The position numbers and the translations under genes were made by a program. Positions 1 through 12,000 of a DNA stretch of 64,000 bases are shown piece after piece; the first letter of the stretch is position 1, and each line of letters begins with the position of its first letter. The notes beneath the pieces were generated by a model. That model was not told the DNA's origin. It searched no databases and saw only the letters and a program-made list of their open reading frames with translations. This stretch comes from Macrostomum lignano (taxonomy: Eukaryota), in NCBI GenBank assembly GCA_002269645.1, contig NIVC01000615.1, positions 212,781 to 276,780 on the forward strand, read 5' to 3'.

Positions 1-3000
1 GACAGGACAATAATCAAGTTAGACAGGACAATTATCAAGTTAGACAGGACAACAATCAAGCTAGACAGGACAACAATCAAGTTAGACAAGACAACAATCA
101 AGTTAGACAGGACAACAATCAAGTTAGCTCAAAGACATCAATCAAGTTAGACAAGACAACAATCAAGTTAGACAGGACAATAATCAAGTTAGACAGCACA
201 ACAATCAAGTTAGACAGGACAACAATCAAGTTAGACAGGACAACAATCAATTTAGACAGGACAACAATCAAGTTAGACAGGACAACAATCAAGTTAGCTC
301 AAAGACAACAATCAAGCTAGACAGGACAACAATCAAGCCAGACAGGACAACAATCAAGTTAGACAAGACAACAATCAAGTTAGCTCAAAGACAACAATCA
401 AGCTAGACAGGACATCAATCAAGTTAGACAGGACAACAATCAAGTTAGCTCAAAGACAACAATCAAGCTAGACAGGACATCAATCAAGTTAGACAGGACA
501 ACAATCAAGTTAGACAAGACAACAATCAAGTTAGCTCAAAGACAACAATCAAGCTAGACAGGACATCAATCAAGTTAGACAGGACAACAATCAAGTTAGC
601 TCAAAGACAACAATCAAGCTAGACAGGACATCAATCAAGTTAGACAGGACAACAATCAAGTTAGACAGGACAATAATCAAGTTAGACAGGACAACAATCA
701 AGTTAGACAGGACAACAATCAAGTTAGACAGGACATCAATCAAGTTAGACAGGACTATAAATCAAGTTAGACAGGACAACAATAAAGTTAGACAGGACAA
801 CAATCAAGTTAGCTCAAAGACATCAATCAAGTTAGACAGGACAACAATCAAGTTGGACAGGACAACAATCAAGTTAGACAGGACAACAATCAAGTTGGAC
901 AGGACAACAATCAAGCTAGACAGGACAACAATCAAGTTAGCTCAAAGACAACAATCAAGTTAGACAGGACAACAATCAAGTTAGACAGGACAACAATCAA
1001 GTTAGACAGGACAACAATCAAGCTAGACAGGACAACAATCAAGTTAGACAGGACAACAATCAAGTTAGACAAGACAACAATCAAGTTAGACAAGACAACA
1101 ATCAAGTTAGACAGGACAATAATCAAGTTAGACAGGACAATTATCAAGTTAGACAGGACAACAATCAAGTTAGACAGGACAACAATCAAGTTAGACAGGA
1201 CAACAATCAAGCTAGACAGGACAACAATCAAGTTAGACAGGACAATAATCAAGTTAGACAAGACAACAATCAAGTTAGACAGGTCAATAATCAAGTTAGA
1301 CAGGACAATTATCAAGTTAGACAGGACAACAATCAAGTTAGACAGGACAATAATCAAGTTAGACAGGACAACAATCAAGTTAGACAGGACAACAATCAAG
1401 TTAGACAGGACAACAATCAAGTTAGACAAGACAACAATCAAGTTAGACAAGACAACAATCAAGTTAGACAGGACAATAATCAAGTTAGACAGGACAATTA
1501 TCAAGTTAGACAGGACAACAATCAAGCTAGACAGGACAACAATCAAGTTAGACAAGACAACAATCAAGTTAGACAGGACAACAATCAAGTTAGCTCAAAG
1601 ACATCAATCAAGTTAGACAAGACAACAATCAAGTTAGACAGGACAATAATCAAGTTAGACAGCACAACAATCAAGTTAGACAGGACAACAATCAAGTTAG
1701 ACAGGACAACAATCAATTTAGACAGGACAACAATCAAGTTAGACAGGACAACAATCAAGTTAGCTCAAAGACAACAATCAAGCTAGACAGGACAACAATC
1801 AAGCTAGACAGGACAACAATCAAGTTAGACAAGACAACAATCAAGTTAGCTCAAAGACAACAATCAAGCTTGACAGGACATCAATCAAGTTAGACAGGAC
1901 AACAATCAAGTTAGCTCAAAGACAACAATCAAGCTAGACAGGACATCAATCAAGTTAGACAGGACAACAATCAAGTTAGACAAGACAACAATCAAGTTAG
2001 CTCAAAGACAACAATCAAGCTAGACAGGACATCAATCAAGTTAGACAGGACAACAATCAAGTTAGCTCAAAGACAACAATCAAGCTAGACAGGACATCAA
2101 TCAAGTTAGACAGGACAACAATCAAGTTAGACAGGACAATAATCAAGTTAGACAGGACAACAATCAAGTTAGACAGGACAACAATCAAGTTAGACAGGAC
2201 AACAATCAAGTTAGACAGGACAACAATCAAGTTAGACAAGACAACAATCAAGTTAGACAGGACAATAATCAAGTTAGACAGGACAATTATCAAGTTAGAC
2301 AGGACAACAATCAAGTTAGACAGGACAACAGTCAAGTTAGACAAGACAACAATCAAGTTAGACAGGACTATAATCAAGTTAGACAGGACAACAATCAAGT
2401 TAGACAGGACAACAATCAAGTTAGACAGGACAACAATCAAGTTAGACAGGACATCAATCAAGTTAGACAGGACTATAAATCAAGTTAGACAGGACAACAA
2501 TCAAGTTAGACAGGACAACAATCAAGTTAGCTCAAAGACATCAATCAAGATAGACAGGACAACAATCAGGTTGGACAGGACAACAATCAAGTTAGACAGG
2601 ACAACAATCAAGTTGGACAGGACAACAATCAAGTTAGACAGGACAACAATCAAGTTAGCTCAAAGACAACAATCAAGCTAGACAGGACATCAATCAAGTT
2701 AGACAGGACAACAATCAAGTTAGACAGGACAACAATAAAGTTAGACAGGACAACAATCAAGTTAGCTCAAAGACATCAATCAAGTTAGACAGGACAACAA
2801 TCAAGTTGGACAGGACAACAATCAAGTTAGACAGGACAACAATCAAGTTGGACAGGACAACAATCAAGTTAGACAGGACAACAATCAAGTTAGACAGGAC
2901 AACAATCAAGCTAGACAGGACAACAATCAAGTTAGACAGGACAACAATCAAGTTAGACAAGACAACAATCAAGTTAGACAAGACAACAATCAAGTTAGAC

Positions 3001-3692
3001 AGGACAATAATCAAGTTAGACAGGACAACTATCAAGTTAGACAGGACAACAATCAAGTTAGACAGGACAACAATCAAGCTAGACAGGACAACAATCAAGT
3101 TAGACAGGACAATAATCAAGTTAGACAAGACAACAATCAAGTTAGACAGGACAATAATCAAGTTAGACAGGACAAGTATCAAGTTAGACAGGACAACAAT
3201 CAAGTTAGACAGGACAATAATCAAGTTAGACAGGACAACAATCAAGTTAGACAGGACAACAATCAAGTTAGACAGGACAACAATCAAGTTAGACAAGACA
3301 ACAATCAAGTTAGACAAGACAACAATCAAGTTAGACAGGACAATAATCAAGTTAGACAGGACAATTATCAAGTTAGACAGGACAACGATCAAGCTAGACA
3401 GGACAACAATCAAGTTAGACAAGACAACAATCAAGTTAGACAGGACAACAATCAAGTTAGCTCAAAGACATCAATCAAGTTAGACAAAACAACAATCAAG
3501 TTAGACAGGACAATTATCAAGTTAGACAGGACAACAATCAAGTTAGACAGGACAACAATCAAGTTAGCTCAAAGACATCAATCAAGTTAGACAGGACAAC
3601 AATCAAGTTGGACAGGACAACAATCAAGTTGGACAGGACAACAATCAAGCTAGACAGGACAACAATCAAGTTAGCTCAAAGACAACAATAAT
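1..3692. repeat. 21-bp minisatellite (GACAGGACAACAATCAAGTTA)n with 23-bp variant units; runs off the left edge and lies in the 3' intron of the first PAN-GRD gene
   Basis: Direct tandem periodicity. The ORFs (IVVLSNL)n and (DRTTIKL)n are its translations. Rare variants recur 1466 bp apart (AGCACA at 195/1661, CAATTTA at ~251/1717). Confidence 0.98.
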
Positions 3693-3857
3693 CAAGACTT
3701 AAACTGACTTAAAGACAAGGGCTGGCCTAATATTACCAAATATTAAGAAAAACTTTGTAGGTACAATCAAAAGTTCAGGTAAAATCTCCACATCCTTCGA
3801 GGCTACATGATCTTGACAAATCGTAAAAATCATGTTTGACTGAACTATCCCGCCTAC

Positions 3858-4780
3858 CTGAATACGACTGCGAAGCGCCGCCACCGCCACCGGCCGCCAG
3901 GTACAGCTGACCGTCGCTCGCTGCGTACAAATGAAGCTGCCGCCGCAGCCAGCAGTCGAGGGGGCTGCCGGGCCGCCTGCCTGACCGACCACGACTGACA
4001 GCTGCAACCCGCCAGTCAGGTTGAAGCTGCCGGCCGCTGAGGCGCCTCTGCCGCCTGATTTGCTTAAGGCAGCGTTGCTGCCTCCGGCCGCTCCGAAGGC
4101 CTCGATGCGGTAGCAGCCGGTGATGTTGATCATCAGGTGCTGGATGATCCCGTTGCGACCCGTGCTCGAGTCTGGGAGAGGCAATTTTATGACCTTGCAG
4201 GTTGAGAGTCCAAGACTTGTCTTGCGCCAAATGACGGTCCATCGAGTCTGGCTTCACTATGAGTCTGGCTTCTCTATGAGTCTGGCTTCCCTATGAGTCT
4301 GGCTTCTCTTTGAGTCTGGCTTCTCTATGAGTCTGGCTTCTCTATGAGTCTGGCTTCTCTATGAGTCTGGCTTCTCTATGAGTCTGGCTTACCAATTGGC
4401 TTCTAGGCCAGCTACAGTACGCTTACTGAACAGAACTGCAGTGAAGTTCTTCAGCTGCCTCTGCTGCACGGTCTGCTCAAAGTCGGCCGCCTTCCACACC
4501 TGCAGCTCGCCAGTCGAGCTGTTGCCGAACCGCCTGGCTACGTGAGTGCATGGCGGTCCCAGCTGCTTCGAGGCGTCATTGATGAAGAGCAGCTCACCGA
4601 GGCCGGAGCTGGAGGCGGCTTCGCAGTTTCTCTTTGAGCACTGCAGCAGGCAGTCAGTAGCTGAGCGCATGCGACTCAGGGTGGCGACCCCGCTGCTGGA
4701 AGCGTCCGTCAGCTCCACTAGCTGCTCAGAGGCGGTGAAGCTGTTGGGATCGACTTCCACTGCGACTGCTGGGAGCAGCA
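3858..4780 (-). pseudogene. PAN/Apple-like + ALK/LTK-type glycine-rich-domain gene, copy 1; exons 4427-4780 and 3858-4171; frameshifted; last exon outside the window
   Basis: Exon 4427-4780 (354 bp, cag|TG...A|gtaag) encodes DCLLQCSKRNCEAA...LQVWKAADFE. Exon 3858-4171 (cag|AC...G|gtagg) encodes NSSTGRNG..GCYRIEAFGAAGG..GGRGA..FNLTGG..VVVGQ. A frame change at TTCATTTGTAC (~3930) is needed to reach YAASDGQLYLAAGGGGG. This exon is 314 bp versus 321 bp in copy 2. An assembly error cannot be excluded. Confidence 0.75.
4245..4390. repeat. 17-bp intronic minisatellite (GAGTCTGGCTTCTCTAT)n
   Basis: About 8 tandem copies filling intron 4172-4426. Confidence 0.95.
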
Positions 4781-4800
4781 CTGTAATGGTGGCATTGTAC

Positions 4801-6334
<1,534 letters not shown>

Positions 6335-6335
6335 T

Positions 6336-6404
6336 GGCTACGTGAGTGCCCGGCGGTCCCAACTGCTTCGAGGCGTCATTGATGAAGAGCAGCTCGCAGA
6401 TGCC
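6336..6404 (-). pseudogene. Isolated fragment of a paralogous PAN-domain exon
   Basis: GGCTACGTGAGTGC..GGCGGTCCCA.CTGCTTCGAGGCGTCATTGATGAAGAGCAGCTC matches 4536-4596 with few mismatches. It translates GICELLFINDASKQLGPPGTHVA. Confidence 0.8.
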
Positions 6405-7209
6405 GGATCCATGGATCCAATCCATGGGTTTTAGGGCTGTTTTAATGAGCCAGGAAGTTTTAGGACCGAGATAGTCGGGGGGCCGGGGCTGCTAAACACC
6501 TTGGGGTGCCTGCGGTCTTGCTGGCTGACGACAGATTGCTTCTGTTGCTGAATAGTTTTCGAGATCTGCTCAAAACTCCCCCTATCCAATATGAGAAGCT
6601 TCAGTTGGTTATCTCTTCCTCCCAACTCACTCCATCATCTGGTTGCATGGTGACAATGGTAGCGGCCGCTCACCAGGACGGCTCTGTGGCTGTTTGATGG
6701 AGCCATAGGCCATAGCAACGTGGGAGAGGGAGACAACTGCTTCTGTGTTAGACCTCCCCGTCCCACTTTTCTGTTACCAGCCTTCTCATTCCTCTTGCAC
6801 TGGTAAAATATCCTAAAAAGTGAACCAGGCTCCTCACCTGCATGAGGATTAAAGAGGAGATGAGAGTTTAGACGAGAGAGACAATAAGAGGAGAATAGAA
6901 GAGGAGATAAGAGAGTAGAGAAGAAAACAGAGAGCTGAGAAGATACAAGCCTTAGGCAGGCGAATTGCTATTGTGAAGTTTCGAAGGACCCAAGGGCAGG
7001 TTAGGGAAGTCTCAAGGACGTTGAGGTTTGACGACCGCTGACTGAAACGAATACGAAGACCGACCAGCCAGCCGTAGGCGGGTTTCCAAACTGCTGCTCA
7101 CGGCAGTCGCTACCGCACGAACGAAGAGATCTGATATAACACTTCCGTGTCAGATAGCAACCGATCTCGTAGCCACTTAGCCGGCTGATTCAACCCACAG
7201 TCAACTGCC

Positions 7210-7631
7210 GCGAGTCATCGGGTATCGCATCAACGGATGGCTAGCCGAGGTTCCAGCCGAGGTTTCAGCCGACGTGAAGGACTGCCATCAGGTGCACCAA
7301 GAGTTCTTCCTATGGAACAACGATGGTTATGCCCGGCGAGATCTAGTTAAGTCACAGTGCCTTGTTGCCGCGAATCTACCGTGGCGTGGAGGCCAATTCC
7401 TCCGGAACTGCAGCGCCTGCGTCCTTTCCGAGAATGCGTTCAAGCCGATCAAGGTCCCATGGTCAGCGACGGAGCTACCAGCGGGTCCATAGCGACAGCT
7501 GCAAGGTTGACAGCGTCAGAGAGCTGCCGGCAATCGAGATTGGTGCAGTCTTATTGACTTTTCATCGCAGTCCACATGCTCTACTTCAATTGTGGCCTGA
7601 GATCAAAGCCAAGGACCACTGTATGGCTTAA
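7210..7631 (+). mobile_element. Degenerate Ty3/gypsy pol fragment (RNase H-integrase linker, integrase zinc-binding region, start of catalytic core)
   Basis: Across shifting frames: VIGYRINGWLAEVP..HQVHQEFFLWNND..ARR; RNCSACV (CxxC)..KP..TELPAGP*; KVDSVRELP; LQLWPEIKA. These follow the usual gypsy order GW-P / CxxC / P..PW..VD / KWPE. Recognised from motif memory, not from a search. Confidence 0.55.
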
Positions 7632-9048
7632 ATCTGATGAACCACCGGGAGGAAAGGAGAGTTAGTTACCTCGAAAGGAGACTATAAAGCTATAGGCAAT
7701 AGAATAAATTAATGGTACACCATGTGGTAACGAATAAACAGCGGGTGTAATCCCTATTCAAAAGACATTATGTACGAGCTAAAAAATAGGGGGGGGGGCG
7801 TGGAGCCCTCAATTTACAGTACATGTACCAGCTACTACGAGAAGGGGGATTTTCACGTAGGAAAATAATGACGTCAACTACACGTCAAAGTTACACTTAA
7901 AGAAATGTTACAGTACAAGTTTACGTTTCGTCTACCTTAAACACCACTTCTAGGAACAAAACTTACGCTTAGATATGTTTGGGTTATAAAAAAGATAGCT
8001 TAAAAACGAAATCTAAGAATATTAACGAATTAAAATAAAAAAGTTCTTTACTACATAATTTAATATATAGTCGTGCAGTGACTGGTCCAGCTCTACTCTT
8101 CACAAGGTGTAACTTTAAATTTATATTGTCAGCGTGCAGTACTTTAGTTAAACAAAATATGTTGGACTACCACACAAAAGTTCATTTCTTGAAATCATCG
8201 TAAAGTTTATATTTTAAAATATTAATCTTTCAAAGTTCTCGTTAACCTCGTTGTTGCTTTTCGGTAACTACTCTGTTTTAATTCCTCTTTTACAAGATTA
8301 AAATGTAATTTTAATCCTGTTCAATTTTGTGATAGAGATCGAGTATGTTTTATTCTCATTTTTATTCTATTTTTCTTGATGAATACAATCAATATGTTCT
8401 TTATAGTTTTCGAATGAATAACTTAAAAATACGATATGTTCTTTTGAATTATTCTGTGGAAATTTTCTGTAGCATGAAAACTTAATGCACTTATACTTTT
8501 TGTGCTGTTTGTATGTTTGTAGGTAAAACGCTCTTTTAAATATGATTGTTTTTTGTTTTCTTTAATTGTTTCGTCTTTTGTTTTATCTTCTCGCGCATAT
8601 TGTTTTTGTAATTTCGTATTTCCAAATAAAACACCAATCAATTATTCTTCGTTGTCATTCTATTTGTATTAAACCAGGAACAAAAATGTCAACTGAGAGC
8701 ACTACATAAATTGCTTAGGATGATTCTGTGTTTAAAATGCTATTAGTAAAACAAAAAATCATAAATTCAAAAAGCTGTAATAACTGTTTTACCATCAATT
8801 TCTACGACATAAAAATTGCTCACTTTGGGATTCCAAATTTTTGGATTTCCAATTGATTTGGATTTCTGCAATTTTACTTATGATTATTTAATAACAGACG
8901 TAGATGTACTGTTTTCATTGGGATGATAATTTAAGACGATTCGTAGAATTTGCAACCTAATTGTTTTTTTAAGTCAACCAATATCATAAAATATCTCGAT
9001 CTTGTCTCAAAATATCACCTCTGAATTCGAGCTCCATCCGCCAGCTTC

Positions 9049-12000
9049 TCAGACGCAGCTACCGGACGCGGACTCCAGCCGGATGGACGCGAAGCCCTGG
9101 TCGCCAGTCGAGACGGTTCCGGACACGCAGCCCCCCAGGCAGAAGGAGCCGCCGCCGCCACCGATGTGCCCGTAGCCGACCCCGGCCCCGCCACCGCTGA
9201 AGCCGCCGCCAGCGCCCGGAGCTCCGTATTTGCCGCCGCACATGCAGCCGCCTCCGCCGCCTCCACCGAAGCCGCCGTCGCAGGCGCTGCCACCACCGGC
9301 GCTGCCGCCGACCCAGCCTTCGGCCAGACCGCTGCCTCGCTCGCCATCACTGGAGCTGCGCCTCGGGTTGACGGCCCTGCCGAGCCAGCCGGCGCCGCAG
9401 CCGCCGTGGTTGGTAGTGCTGAGCGTGCTGCTTGGATCGTTGGAGCCCGGCTGGCCATTGCTGCCGCCGAATCCCATAGCAGTGTAGTGAGCTCCAATGG
9501 TGTCGGAGCCGTTGACACCGACTTCTGCTGGCCTTCCTAGTCAGAGTATCAAGCATTGGAACACATAACATATACAGCACGGTGAATTTACATATAGTCG
9601 TAACAGATGAGCATTTAGAAGGAACTTGAATCCGTCTTTCCTTGATAGGAAGGTTCAGCCCACTGGGGTGGCGGGCATGCACAGGTTAAAGCGAGATGAA
9701 AGTAATAAGAGAGCACCCACCCTGACGGCACAAATCAAACGCAACCTTACACTGCTCAAAAGCACAAGGTAAAAAACGGAATAAAATTAAGTAAACAACA
9801 AAAAATTAAAAACAGAAAAGTTGCAGGCAGGCGTCCGGGCCGACCAGCTGACCCGCGGAGTACTCGACGCTCTGACAGCCATCCTCGGTGGCTGCAGGCT
9901 TGGCTGGCGGCCTGTCGCTCAGATTTGGTCGCGGTCGATAAAGCGCTTCAAGCGGTCGTGGTGGCCCATTAAATGGCGCCTGCCGTTCACAGCCTGCAGC
10001 CTGTAGTTCACAGGGCCGACTGTTTAAGGACGATGAACGGGCCGGACCACCGGTTCCACAGCGACTTGCACTGGCCGCGCTTCATCGCATGGTGCGTCAG
10101 CATCACTCGATCACCGGTCTAGAAGTCGGTAGTCTCGGCCCCTTGGTTGTAGAACTCGTGCTGCGCCCTCTGGGCCGTGTGCAGGTGCGCCCGCACTACC
10201 TGGAAGCCTGATTCTCGTCTGCAGGTCTGCGCCGTCCTGCGGCTGTTCGCGCTGCCCACCGAGTGCCAAGTCAATCGGCAGTCTGGGCTCCATGCCGCGT
10301 AGAACCTTGAACGGCGACTCGCCCGTGGAGCCGTGCTCAAAACTGTTGTGGGCCCCACACGACGTAGGGCAGCAGGGCGTCGCAGCCGGCCTGGTTCTCC
10401 GAGCAGAATGCAGAGAGCATGTTGCCCAGCGTCCTATTGAACCTCTCGACGTTCCCGTTGCAGCTACGGTGAAACGGTGAGGTCCTCGATTTTTCTGCTC
10501 CGAGCAGCGCCCAGGTCTGTTTGAAAACTTTGGCCTCGAACTGGCGATCTTGATCCGAGTGCACGACCTCCGGAACCTCTTGCCGCAGCACCATACAGGT
10601 CACCAGAGCCTCGGCGACCGTCTTGGCGTCAATCTGCATGTCTGAGGGCCGCCGCCTCCACCCACTTTGAAAGCGTATATGACATGTACATGTATCAACA
10701 AAGCAGAGGATGTAGCGCTTGCCTCACTCGGTGGCTGGCAGCGTGCCCTGACAGCTGGGGGATCACCGATGGAGCAATGCGCCGACCGGTGACAGCGTCA
10801 GACAGGGCAGCAGCTTCTGGACCGACGCACTCACCGTCACTGGGAATTGAAAGTTGGGCTGGAGCATCGCGTGTCAAACCGCGAGTAGAACGTGGTCCTG
10901 GTCCTGCTCGTCAGGCAGATTAGCGATCTGAAACTGCACCGCCGCTGCTCGGCTGAGGGTGTCTGGCACGATGTTCTCCTTGCCGGGCCGGTACAGGATT
11001 TCCAGGGGGAACTCCTGAATGAGCTGTAGCCAACGTGCCAGCCGACCGGTTGGCTCTTTCGCGTTGAGCAGCTCAGTGATCGTCTTGTGGTCGGTGAACA
11101 CCTGGATCTTGCAGCTGTTGCTCAGGTACATGCGGAACTGCTTGAGACTCTAAACAACCGCGGGCAGCTCCCGGTCCGTGGTGCTGTAGTTGCGCTCTGC
11201 CTTGCTCAGCGTCCGGGAAGCGTAGGCCACTGGCAGCTCCTGGCCGTTGCGCTCCTGGCTGAGCACCGCACCCAAGGCCACAGCACTGCTGTCACAGCTG
11301 ATGACGATAGGCCGGCTGAAGTCGGGCAGCTGGAGCACCGGGGCCTGGGTCAGCGCGTCCTTCAACTTGCTCAGCGCCGCAGCATGCTCTGACGTCCACA
11401 TGAAGCCGCCGCCCGCGCTTTCTGAGCCAGGTGATGCAGCCGTTTGGCGATGTCAGAGGAGTTGGGCACGAACCTGCGGTAGAAGCTGAGCATGCCGATG
11501 ATGCGCCGGACGCCCTCCTCGGACTGCGGCTCCGACATCCGCCTGATCGCCTCGATCTTCTTCGATCGAGTTGCCGCTCTCAGAGACTTGATGGCCCAGG
11601 TACGCGACGCTCCGGTGTGCGAAGAAGCCTAGCCCGGGTTCAGCTTCAGCTTGGCATACCGCAGTCGATGCAGCAACCTGGACAGTGACTGAACGTGGCT
11701 CTCAAAGTCCCTGTTGAAAATGATCAGGTCATCAATGTACGCGATGACCTCCTCCCAGCTCAGGCCGGTCATGATGAGCTCCATCATTTGCTGGTAGGTC
11801 GCAGGAGCGTTGCACATGCCGAATCCTGTTTTGCGGAATCGCATCAGGCGCTCGGTTCAGAACGCTGTCAACGGTCGATCCTCCTCTCTGACCTCCACCT
11901 AAAGGAAGACTTGCGCATGTCGATGGTAGAGAACCATGAGCAGCCAAGGAGTCGAGCGCCTGGTGCAATTTCGGTACTACGACGGCACCCTGAACTCTGG

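Noticed and set aside
932-3483. Long Leu/Val-rich ORFs (IVVLSNL)n and (DRTTIKL)n
   Set aside because: They are translations of a 21-bp repeat whose unit is a multiple of 3 and lacks stops; there is no unique sequence or splice context.
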